This document shows positions 27,301 through 38,861 of a DNA stretch of 64,000 nt, piece by piece. The notes under the pieces were generated by a model. It saw only the letters and a program-made list of their open reading frames with translations. It did not search any database and was not told the DNA's origin. A program made the position numbers and the translations under genes. Location of the stretch: assembly GCA_964016885.1 (NCBI GenBank), contig OZ024743.1, positions 237,770,001 through 237,834,000 on the forward strand, written 5' to 3'. The stretch's first letter is position 1. The number at the start of each line of letters is the position of its first letter. Source of the DNA: Eledone cirrhosa (Eukaryota).

Positions 27301-30300
27301 CCCCAAATAAAAAACGGATCCCCCCAAATATTAAACCGACCCCAAAAAAAGAAATGGATCCTCTAAATAGAAAATTGTCTCCACCCAAATATAAAAAACG
27401 AATCCCGCCCAAATAAAGAACGGACCTCCAAATAAAAAATGGACACCCCCCCCAAATAAAAAACGGCCCTCTTCAAATATTAAACGCCCCTCCAATAAGA
27501 AATGGATCCACCAAATAAAAAATAGGTCCCCCCCAAATAAAAAATGGATCAGACCATATAAAAAAGAGACCTCACCAATAAAAAAACGGAACCCGAATAA
27601 AAAAGAACCCCCAAATAAAAAACGTATAACCCCAATAAAAAACGGATCCCCCCAAATAAAAACCGACCTCCCACCCAAATATAAAACAGCCCCCCCCCAA
27701 TTAAAAATGGACCCCGCAAAACATAAATAAAAAACGGACCCCCCAATAAAAAATGGACCCCCAGAAATATAAAACGGACACCCCCCCCCAAGAAAAAAAC
27801 TCACCCCTAATTAAATAACGGATCCCCCCCAAATAAAAAACGAATACCGAAATAAAAAATGGATCCCCCGAAATAAAAAACGGACCCCCAAATATTAAAC
27901 GGACACACCCAAATAAGAAATGGATTCCCCAAATAAAAAACGGACCTCCAAATAAAAAACGGCTCCCCTCAAATAAGAAACGGACCTTCCCCCAAATAAA
28001 AAACGTCCCCCCCGCAATATAAAAAACGGACCCTCCCAAATAAAACATTGAGCCCCAAAAATAAAATAAACAAATATTAAACGGACCCCCCCAAAAGAAA
28101 TGGATCCCCAAAATAAAAAAACGTATCCCTCCAAATAAAAAATGGGCCCCCCAATTAAAAATTGTTCTTCCCCCCAAAACGGACCCCCAAATAAAAAACG
28201 GATCGCCCCCAAATAAAAAGCGGAGCCCCAAATAAAGAACGGATCTCCCAAATAAAAGACGGACCTCCAAATAAAAAACGGACCCCCAAATTAAAATACG
28301 GATTCCCCAAATAAAAAATGCCCCACCAAAATAAAAAACCAATTCCCCCAAATATTAAACGGAGCACCCCAAATAAGAAATGGATCCTCCAAATAGAAAA
28401 TGGATCCGCCCAAATAAAAAACGGACCTCCAAATAAAAAACGGACCCCCCACACCAAATAAAAAATGGATCCCACCCAAAACAGAGCTCCAAATTAAAAA
28501 CGGACCGCCCCAAATAAAAAACGGACCCTCAAATAAAAAATGGGACCCCCAAGAATTAAACCGACCCCCCAAAATAAAAAATGTATCCTCCAAATAAAAA
28601 ATGGATCCTCCCAAATAAAAAATGGATCCTCCCAAATAAAAAACGGAACCCGCCCAAATAAAAAACGGTCCTCCAAATAATAAACGGACCTCCAATAAAA
28701 AATGGATCCCCCAAATAAAAAATGGAATCCCACTAAATAAAAAACGGACCACACTAATATAAAACGGAACCAGAATAAAAACGGATACCCCCAAATAAAA
28801 AACCGACCCCCAAATAAAAAACGGATCCCCCCAATAAAAGACGGATCCCCCCAAATAAAAACGTACCTCCACCCAAATATAAAACGGGCCCCCCCAATTA
28901 AAAATGGACCCCCCAAAAAATACGGACTCCAAATAAAACATGGATCGCCCCCAAATAAAAAAAATGGACCGCCAAATAAAAAACGCCCCCCCCAATAAAA
29001 AACGGACCCCCCAAATAAAAAACGGATCCCCCCCAATATTAAACGGACCCCCAAATAAGAAATGGATCCTCCAAATAGAAAATGGATCCACCCAAATATA
29101 AAAAACGAGTTTCGCCCTAATAAAAAACGGACATCAAAATAAAAAACGGCCCCCCACTCCAAATAAAAAATGGATCCCACCAAAAACTGGACCTCCAAAT
29201 AAAAAACCGAACCCCCAAATAAAAAAAGGACCCCCAAATAAAAAATGACCCAAAAAATAAAAAACGGATACCCCCAAATATTAAACGCCCCCCAAAATAA
29301 GAAATGGATCCGCCAAATAAAAAATGGATCCACCCAAATAAAAAACGGATCCCCCTAAATAAAAAACGGATCCCCCCAAATATAAAATGGCCCTCCAATA
29401 AAAAATGGATACCCAAATAAAAAATGGATCCCACCAAATAAAAAACGGACCTCACCAATTATAAACGGAACCCGAATAAAAACGGATACCCCCAAATAAT
29501 AAACGGACCCCCAAATAAAAAACGGACCCCACTCTAAATAAAAAATGGATCCCCCAAATAAAAAATGGATCCCACCAAAAACCGGACCTCCAAATAAAAA
29601 ACGGACCCCCCAAATAAAAAAAGGACCCCCAAATAAAAAACGGACTCCCCAAATAAAAAATGACTCTGAAAAATAATAAACTGATCCCCCCAAATATTAA
29701 ATGCCTCCCATATAAGAAATGGATCCTCCAAATAAAAAATGGATCCACCCAAATAAAAAACGGATCCCCCAAATAAAAAACGGATCCCGCTCAAATATAA
29801 ACGGACCCTCTCAATAAAAAATGAATCCCCCCAAATAAAAAATGGATCCCACCAAATGAAAAACGGACCTCACCAATTAAAAACGGAACCCGAATAAAAA
29901 ACGGATCCCCCCAAATAAAAAACGGACCCTCAAATAAAAAACGGATCCCACCCAATAGAAAACCGATCCCCCCAAATAAAAACGGACCTCCACCTCAAAT
30001 ATAAAACGGGCCCCCCAATTAAAAATGGACCCCCCCCCAAATAAAATACGGACCCCAAATAAAAAATGGATCGCCCCTAAATAAAAAATGGACCGCCAAA
30101 TAAAAAACGGACATCCCCCAATAAAAAACGGACCCTCCCAAATAAAAAATTGGCCCCCCCCCCAAAAAAAAATGATTGCCCCAAATATTAAACGGACCCC
30201 AAAAATAAAACGGATCCCCCCAAATAAAAAACGTACCCCGCCCAAATAAAATAACGGAACCTCCAAATAAAAACGGATCCCCCCAAAATAAATAACGGAC

Positions 30301-30440
30301 CCCCAAATAAATAACGGACCCCCAAATAAAAAACGCACTCCCCAATAAAAAATGGATCCCCCCCAGATAAAAACTGATCCCCCCAAATAAAAAACGGATC
30401 CACCCAAATAAAAAACAGACCCGCCCTCAAAGACAAAACT
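9308..30440. repeat. ~21-kb satellite of ~20-bp diverged units, consensus about CCCCCAAATAAAAAA(C/T)GGA(T/C)
   Basis: Continuous array of roughly a thousand units (length/20). The + strand is A/C-rich and the - strand T/G-rich, with higher-order duplications. Confidence 0.98.
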
Positions 30441-30441
30441 G

Positions 30442-30557
30442 ATTATTGTGGGTAAATGGTGGGTAAAATAATTATCGTGGGTAAAATGGTGGGTAAAATA
30501 ATTATTGTGGGTAATGTGGTAGCTAAAATAATTATTGTGGGTAATGTGGTAGGTAAA
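30442..30557. repeat. 30-bp minisatellite, ~4 copies
   Basis: attattgtgggtaa(a/t)(a/g)tggt(g/a)g(g/c)taaaata repeated. Confidence 0.85.
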
Positions 30558-30821
30558 GTGGAGGGTGAAATCAAGAAAGGGAGAAAGAGGGTAGGAAGTG
30601 GAGTAAAGGGGGTTAGGGAAAGAATGGGTTGGAAGAGGCAGAAGTGGAAGAAGGGGAAGAGAAACATCAAGGGAAGGAACGATGGAAAAGAGGAGGGAAG
30701 ACAGCAAGTTAAAGAAATAGGGAAAGAGAGGCTAAAAAATGGGGAAAATTAGGGAAGAGGGGTAAAGAGGGATACGAAGTGTGGGAAAGAGGTGGAAAAG
30801 GGTGTAATGAGGGAGAATCAA

Positions 30822-31350
30822 CGTGTTGTTGTCTGGCATGTTCGTATACGAACATGCCAGACAACAACACGACGGTAACATAGACAACATAGAAATTAGA
30901 ATAATATCTAAACATAGAAATGACCCAGCAGATAGGCAAATCAGAGAGGCCAGTGAAATAGAACTTAGAAGGCCAAGGCTAAACAGAAAAAATGAATGGA
31001 ATAACAACAACACACAAACAAACAACACTGACCTAAGAGAAGTATAAATAAATAAATAGATAGATAAATAAATAAATACATACACAAGCACAATAACAAC
31101 AAACATATAAATGCACACTAGTAAAGATAGAATACATTAACCAATACACAGTCACCCAAACACGAATACACATCAAACAAAACACTATACACACACGCAA
31201 ACGCATGCGCAAAGAAGACAAAATAAAATAAACAAATAAATAAATATATAAACAGACTAAATAAAGATGGCGTAGAAAATACAATGCAACGAGAGGAAAC
31301 AATAGCAGCACTGACGATGTTGCAGATGTGCAACGAAAGAACTTTGATAA
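30822..31350 (+). mobile_element. 5'-truncated PLE: GIY-YIG C-terminal tail, 3' UTR and HHR, with a fold-back palindrome at the 5' junction
   Basis: VYEHARQQH...IEIRIISKH..DPADRQIREASEIELRRPRLNRKNEW is a PLE endonuclease end. Perfect 50-bp palindrome at 30822-30871. Confidence 0.82.
31307..31348 (+). ncRNA. Minimal type I hammerhead ribozyme motif, slightly degenerate
   Basis: agca CUGACGA u-guugca-gaug-ugcaac GAAA gaac UU ugau. Perfect 6-bp stem II, weak stem I. Confidence 0.65.
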
Positions 31351-31593
31351 ACTATATATATGTGTTTGTGTCTATATTGTATCTATTATTTTTGACCGTT
31401 GGTCAGTCAATGGCAACATTGAGGACCGAATAAATTAGATTACCGATATAAAAGACACAGAAGCGAAAAGCGAAAACCAACCAAACAGTGAGTGTGTTCT
31501 GTTATTAATTCTGGCAATATTACACAGATATGACCCTCCCCAAGTATAACAATATTTGTTTCGACACACGATTTCATATATAAAACCTCGCAA

Positions 31594-31668
<75 letters not shown>

Positions 31669-31682
31669 CTTATATATATATA

Positions 31683-31830
31683 CTAAACACCCATGACCCG
31701 TTGGGTCACGTTCACTTCAAAATATTAAAAAAAAATCATGTTCACTTAAAATAATTTTTAAATAATTAAAATATACAGACATGTATATAATGTTAAATGA
31801 AACCGGCAGGCCCATATATATATGTGTGTT

Positions 31831-31875
<45 letters not shown>

Positions 31876-32193
31876 ATATATATATATATATGGGTGTCTG
31901 TGATCTATATACACTGGTCATAGACACATACACACACTCATATATATACACAATAATTCCCCTTGCTCTCCTCACTCTTCCATTCTCCTTCTCTCTCCCT
32001 CTCTATCTTTCTCTCTCAATCTAATCTCTCACAATCACTATCTTTTTCTCTCTATTTCTGAAGGTACCCAGAAAACCCCATCTCGGGAACTCGTGGTTCG
32101 ATTTTTGCGAAACTTGTTTCATTCCATTTCAGGGTCAACTTCCTTTCAAAGTATTTCCCATTATGCGCTCTTTGGCTGTATTATATTAAAGAC
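31683..32193 (-). mobile_element. Non-autonomous Helitron (~510 bp), related to the adjacent large Helitron
   Basis: Minus strand 5' TCTTTAATATAATAC; 3' hairpin gtgaccc-aac-gggtcat then ...TTTAG|T. Its ends are homologous to ~36380-36470 and 32233-32450. Confidence 0.72.
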
Positions 32194-32232
32194 AAGCAAG
32201 CAAGCAAACAATCACAGAATTTTAGTAGTATA

Positions 32233-35200
32233 ATAGACCACCTGTGACCCATGGGTCATGTTCACTTAAAAATAATTTTTAAATAATTAAAATATAAACA
32301 AAATGTATATAATGTAAAATGTCATTGGAAAGCCAATATATGTATACGTGTATATGTGTGTGTGTATATGTACGTGTATATATATAAATGTGTGTGTGTG
32401 TGGGTGTCTGTGGCCTATATACACTGGTTACAGACACACACACACATACATCCTGTCCTAACACTTCGTTCAAAAGAATGCTTTGAACGCAACATTCTTA
32501 GTTGACTGGGTATCTTTCAGAAACACTCTGACATTTTCTTTTCGTTTTCCGCGGCTAAGGGCTACATACATTGACCGTGTTGGAATACAAGTCGTTCCAA
32601 ATAAACCAAGACGTTCTCCATAGTTTGTCCTTGTGCTTTATGAATAGTCAGGGCGAAGCACGATTGAACTGGAAATTGGCTTCGCTGCAAAGGGATATCC
32701 TCACCTTCGGATAGATTAATTCTTATTCTAGGTATCATAACGATCTCATTTATGAAAGCAGCAGTGTTGATTCTTGCTACTATGAGATTGTAGTGCAGTT
32801 CTTCCACGATCATGCGCGTTCCATTACAAAGCCTTGGAGAATTCAAGTTTCTCATAAGAATTATTGGCGATCCTTTTTTCAATTCCAGGTTATGTGGTGG
32901 CAGTCCTGATAGTTCAACCGAATCAAGGAATTCAGTTGGGAAATGAGTGGCATTGGTACCATCACTCACATAAATATAGGATCGGTACTCTTTTATGGTT
33001 CCAGGGAAGCGTCTGATACAGGTGGAATTGATGCTTCTCATCATTTCATTGAGAGGTACTAAGATGCAATTGTTCTTAAACACTTCAGCTGGATTGTCGT
33101 GATGCAGAAGGAGTCTTAAATAATACAGGTCACCACTTCGTGGAGAAACAGTGTATACTCGTCCCAAAACGTTCGCCTAAAAAGTCCCTTGAAATTGTTT
33201 TATTGTTTTCCCCACCTTTCTCTTTTCCCATCTCTTGTTACTCCAAGGGTAAAACTTTTGCACATCGGCATAATACAATGTTTTTGCAAACGGATCGCGA
33301 TCGCAAAGATCCATGAACTCAGCCAGAGTCGTCTTAGCCATTTATTGTTTACTTTAACAGCAGCATTGATCCGAAAGAAGATTTGATTTTCCTCAGGTAG
33401 ATGAACTTGAAGGCGAACTACGGCCGGTTTCTCTCATGAATTGGACATCCAATTACCAAGGCAACAGCTTCTGAAGGACAGGTATATCTTCCTGTTAAAT
33501 ACTGTATTATCTCATCTTCCCTGTTCACTCCAAACATTGCGTGATCACTGCCCTTCATGGTATATTTAATAACGTATTTAATCGATTTCACGGAAGAGCA
33601 CATCTCTACGTTTAGGTGGCAGTTGAACAGTTTTAATAGTTTCATATTGTAGGGAACCACCCATTCCGAAGTTATATTTCGACTTCCCCTTCCTTCTTGG
33701 TGCCCCTCAAATCCTCCCATTCCTGAAGACCGTCTTCTGTACACAGGATAAGAGTCCTCTCCACACAATGTATATTCATTGAAAGGCTTAGAGTACGGCT
33801 TACTGCACTTCCATCTTTCCAACACGGCGAATTGTTAGAGCAATTCGGACCATGGATCATGTGCTTCAGCACCAATTCATGACCCTCTCGATCTTTGTTT
33901 GGATCTGGTATTTCGGCTTGAACAAATTTATCGTATTCCTGCGGTCTGGGCTTGGAGGCTTCATTGAGCCATAGCAAACAGTGCACATGAGGAAGACCTC
34001 GCTTTTGATATTCGACTGTCAGCACGTAAGCAATACACTTACCAAATAGGCCATCTACTCCAGTAAGATACTTTCTTAACAGTTTCCGCTTCAGGTCAAA
34101 TACTCTGGCAATTAAATCTGGCCTGTCATGTGGCTTCTGATTCAGGAATAGGTTTTACCGGATTTCGGGCCAGTTTGGATTGCATGTCATTGTGATGAAG
34201 AACGAAGGATTGCCGTACTTCCGTATGTACATCATGGCATCCTGGCATCGCTCCATCATATATTTCGGTCCACAGATAAATGTGGAAGAGAGTATGATTC
34301 GCCTGCCAATATTGCGAAAATCGTCATCATTATTCAATGCGTCAGTAAGGCCCTTGTATGTTGTAGATCGCAATGATGTTTGATTTATTCGGATGTATTG
34401 CATTCTATCTTCTTCAATCTTCGCAGCCATGTCAACCAAATATTGCTGAAATAAACGACCGCCTCTGAGAAGCTGGTTGAATTTATTCTCATGGTTCATT
34501 ATTCGATAGGCATAGTAGCGCATTGGCGTCAACTTCCTGTTGTTGCTCATTAACAGCTCATGATGCCATCCGTCATCGCCAAAAGGAAAAAAATAGAACA
34601 TACTGCAAACTGTCCTAGGACCGATGGGACTCTGAGATTATTTGCAATTGTCCGCCTTTTTCTTTCAACAGAATGTGCCGTGCTTTTACTTGAAGTTCGG
34701 TGCTGTTTTGTATAATAACGGCAACTTCGTTTGCAGTTTGTGCATTGAATCTTCTCTCATGTTCCATTGCTTGTCTCCTATCAGGATCAATAATAATCGA
34801 AGCTTCGGGAATATTTTTAATTTGTTCTTTTGCCATTCGAAATGAAGCAACTGAGTATTATTTCCAATAATTCAACTATGTCGCGCTGAATGCCATCGTT
34901 ATGGAGTATCCTGATCCTCAAATCAACACTATCCTGAGGATCCAAGAAGTAAATTTGAAGAAATTGGGGTTGTTCGTTGGGATTAGGGGTTAATGAACCG
35001 ATGTAATGGTGAATTTGACCATGGATAACGATAGAAGGATTCCATCCACTCCTTGAGGGACGAACTTCTTCGGCCCCCAAAAATGTCATTGGGAACAGGC
35101 AGTTGTATTGTCTGAGGTTCTTCCTGAACTCGTTTGACCTAGGTTGATCAGTACTAAATAAACTGTGAAGTTCCTTGGGTAAAGGCTGCAATTTCCCCAA

Positions 35201-36470
35201 CCTGACTTTTCCATTCATACAGCAAAAGTTAGCAGTTTCACCATGAAAAAGCATTGCATGACAACAGACACAGATCTTATTAATCTGTCCAACATCAGCA
35301 GAGAGGTCACGTCGTTGAACTGTCCTTGCTCTATCCCTAATGGTTTGTAGGCAAAGACGTTCAGTTGTCCGAACGTCCGATTCATGATCTCTCCTTCTTC
35401 TGTCTCTTTCCCTCTATTCCACCTGACGCTCAGCTCTCCGACCATCCGATTCATGATCTCTCCTTCTTCTGTCTCTTTCCCTCTGTTCCGCCTGACGCTC
35501 AGCTCTCCGACCATCCGATTCATGATCTCTCCTTCTTCTGTCTCTTTCCCTCTGTTCCGCCTGACGCTCAGCTCTCCGACCATCTGATTCATAATCTCTC
35601 CTGGTTCTGTCTTTTTCCCTCTGTTCCGCCAGACGCGCAACTCTCCGACCATCTGATTCATGATTTCTCCTGCTTCTGTCTCTTTCCCTCTGTTCCGCCA
35701 GACGCACAGTCCTTGCTTTATCGGTCTCATCGATCCTTCTATTTGCATACCTGTCCCGACCTTGTTGGCGTTGACCATTGTCTTGCTCACCTTCTTCGGC
35801 TCTCCTTAGCCGTGCTTTCTTTCCAATATCGATAGACCAACCAGATGTTTTCTTTCTTATTCGTCGAGGCATTATTTAAGAATAGAAAATCGTATTCACC
35901 TTAGAAAAAATTCCTATTGCCTCAAGAAATATTTTTTTTAAATCATCATTTAGAAATATTTCTAAATAATGAAAATAATCTCTATTTAAACACTCGTATT
36001 TTTCAAATCATATTCACTTAAAAAATACTTATTAATAATTAAAATATTCTGTTTAAAGAAAGCTGAAATATATATACTCAGTGTACAAATAATTTGTATT
36101 TTTTAAGTCATTTTTACTTTAAAATATTTTTAAATATGCCAAGAAATATTTTTTCCATCGTATTCACTTGAAAATAATAAAAAAAAATGAAGATATGTAA
36201 ATAAAGCTATTTGTGAAATCAAATTCACTTTAAAATATTTCTAAATAATTGAAATATTCTTTTTAACAAAAGCAAAAATATAAACACCTACTGTTTAAAA
36301 CCATATTCACTGAGAAATCACTGAAAAATCTTTTTTTAATAATTATTAACAATATTTCTCGAATGATGAAAATAGTTTATATCGATTTACGTCAAACTTG
36401 TTTTATCCCAATTTCAGGGTTATATCACTTATTTTTCCATTATGCACCGTCTTGGCTATTTACGAAGGTA
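32233..36470 (-). mobile_element. Helitron with decayed, internally deleted Rep-helicase
   Basis: Rep motifs FFITMTCNPNWPEI, VEYQKRGLPHVHCLLW, KYVIKYTMKGSD. N-terminal CCMNGKV and GQIHHYIGSL. Pif1 C-terminus LMRNL...LCNGTR, FPVQSCFALTIHKAQGQT, VFQHGQ. 3' hairpin atgaccc-at-gggtcac plus CTAT|T. Confidence 0.93.
35376..35720 (-). repeat. 69-bp (23-aa) coding tandem repeat, ~5 copies, in the Helitron N-terminus
   Basis: The unit encodes ESDGRRAERQAEQRERDRRRRDH-like repeats (ORF 35414-35872). Confidence 0.9.
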
Positions 36471-36523
36471 TCCTGCACACACACACACAAATATATATAT
36501 ATATATGTCTCTAACTTAAGTAG

Positions 36524-36582
<59 letters not shown>

Positions 36583-36592
36583 CAGGAAAATA

Positions 36593-36872
36593 TTAGCACC
36601 GATCGTTCGTTCTTGCCGTTCTTCTGCTACTCTAGGCTTTGCCTCGCTTACATTGGCACTAGCCGTTTGTTCTTGGCGTCCTTCTGCTACGCTAGGCTCT
36701 TCCTTGCTTGCATTAGTATCGGCTGTTCCTTCTCGCCATCCTTCTGCTATATTAAGACCTACCTAGCTTGCATTAGCACCGACCGTTCGTTCTTATCGTC
36801 CTTCTGCTACGCTAGGCTCTGCCTCGCTTACATTGGCACTGGCCGTTTGTTCTCGCCATCCTTCTGCTATAT
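36593..36872. repeat. 60-bp minisatellite, ~4.7 copies
   Basis: tt(a/g)gcac..ccgtt.gttct...c.tccttctgcta..ctaggct..cctcgctt.ca repeated with 60-bp period. Confidence 0.9.
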
Positions 36873-37934
36873 TTCGAGGATAAAATTACTGAAAAATAAC
36901 AAAGAATTTAATATTTAGTCAATCATAGAACAAGAAAGTAGCATTGGAAAAGATTACAAATGCTATAAATGAGTGGGAAAAGAGGGAAAGCAAGGATTAT
37001 CAGGCAACGAAAGAAAGGGGGAGGGGAGAGGGTGATAGACAATACACCTAAGTCAGAGCGGCGTTTCAGCTGTGGCCCGCGGACAAAATGGCAAAGAAAT
37101 TGAAATCTGTCTTCAGCTCCTCTTGTGATGCTAATACGTAAAGAGAATTCACTTAAGCCTAGAAAAGTTACTGAAACATTTTTTTAATTGTTTCCCATGC
37201 AGGTTGAAAAAAATATTAATTGAAGTATTGTCTTTTAGTAACTGAATATTTATTTTTGACACATCTCTCTTGCTATTTTCCAGGGTAATACGTTCAACAT
37301 TGTCCACCAGGGTCACTAATTCTTAATGTCCTGTAACACTAAGTGGCAAAATATTCTTGAAAAGTACAAGAGGCAATTAACTCTCTACTGTAAGAGGGAT
37401 AATATATGTAATATATTAATAGCTATGCACACAGAACATTATTTTTAGCATATTTGACTGCATCACGTTAATTAATGTCTTTAGTCTAATACAATACGTT
37501 TTCACAACAATTTACCTACTAATAAAAATACTATAAACATTTGAATTAACAAACCTATGTTAAGATATTTTCTGCTAAATCATTACATGATGTTAAGAAT
37601 TGATATTGCAAATTTTTACAACAATCTGTCCACTAGTAAAGATATTGAAAACGTTTGAATTAACAAACCCGTGTTTAGATATTTTCTATTAAATCATTGT
37701 AGGATGTTACGAGTCAAGAAACATCTACACGGTGTTTCACAAAGGATACAAAAGGATATAATAAAGACAGCTCGGGACACATTTTGAAGTAAAGCTGTTC
37801 GTGTAAAACAAAATAAATTCTTTAGAATTATCATAGAATTATTATTTTATGTTAAAAAGGAAAAGAAACCGTTAGAAAAATACTAATTACAAATTATCTT
37901 TTCATACCCCATGTCTTAAATATGATCTCTACTG

Positions 37935-38082
37935 GTAGGCGGCGTATTGTCAGAGTCATTAGAATGTCGGCTAGAATGCTTTGCTCTGACGTTTTGCTCC
38001 GTGAGTTCAAATCCTACAGAGGTCAACTTTGCCTTTCATCTATTTGAGGGCGGTAAAGTACCAGTCTTGTACGGGGTCGATT
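37935..38082 (+). mobile_element. Diverged tRNA-SINE copy
   Basis: gagttcaaatcctacagaggtcaactttgcctttcatc...aaagtaccagt. Confidence 0.75.
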
Positions 38083-38861
38083 CTTCCTTTGTATCTCTTT
38101 CTCTCTTTCCCTATCCTTTTCTGGAAGAATTCTTATCTAGAGACATATTGGGCTCTGCCAAATTTTAAAAAATGCTCCAAGAAACGCCGTATGTCAATAT
38201 GGCGGCACAACGACTCCTTCGGGAGTTACCGGTCCATCCCATACCAACCTACTTGTAATTTAGAATTTTGAATGTGGTATCAGTAACACTGCAGTTTAGT
38301 TCATATCAACTTTGACAAATTCACGATGTCAAAGCAGACACTTTTGTGGACATGAATAACTATGCATATAAGCATGCTTAACAGTAGGTTTTGCTGTATT
38401 AGTTCCAGATATTATGTGAACATTTTAATCTATGCAATAAGAAATTTGAGACGTCTAGGAAGAGTCGACTGGCTATTCATTTTGTGATTTGCAGCTGATT
38501 GTTGTACTTGCTGGTGAGTTGATGGTCCTTTTCGGTTTTGTCTTTGCTCCATCCCCCTTTTTTTCTTTTATTTTTCTTTCTCTCATCCTGGTTATGTGTT
38601 TTGATCCGTACATTATATTTCGATTTATTTAAAGTGCTGTGTCTATTTAAAAAAATATTTTGTAAAAATTATGAATAATTTGTAATGTTTTTTATGCAGC
38701 ATCAAAATATTGTTTCTCATTTAAGAAGTAAGTTTGTTAACTATTAACACCTAATTGTAGGTAGTGGGGTTTAGCTATTATACATTTTGTTGTTTACTGT
38801 ATTTTATGTTGGTGGCCTGAAGTATACGAAAAGAAGATATTTGGTGGTATACTGGTATTGT

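Noticed and set aside
9450-30436. Dozens of long minus-strand ORFs (GGPFFIW/GSVFYL/VRFLF)
   Set aside because: By-product of a stop-poor satellite; present in all frames with constant frameshifting.
9308-30440. CRISPR-like repeat/spacer array
   Set aside because: Linkers are only ~5-10 nt, C-rich and recurrent; repeats are degenerate; no cas genes; eukaryotic context.
37050-37760. hAT-like end (tgtggcccgcgg) and mariner-like end (tacacggtgtttcac)
   Set aside because: No matching second TIR found; only a ~114-bp local duplication at 37517-37715.
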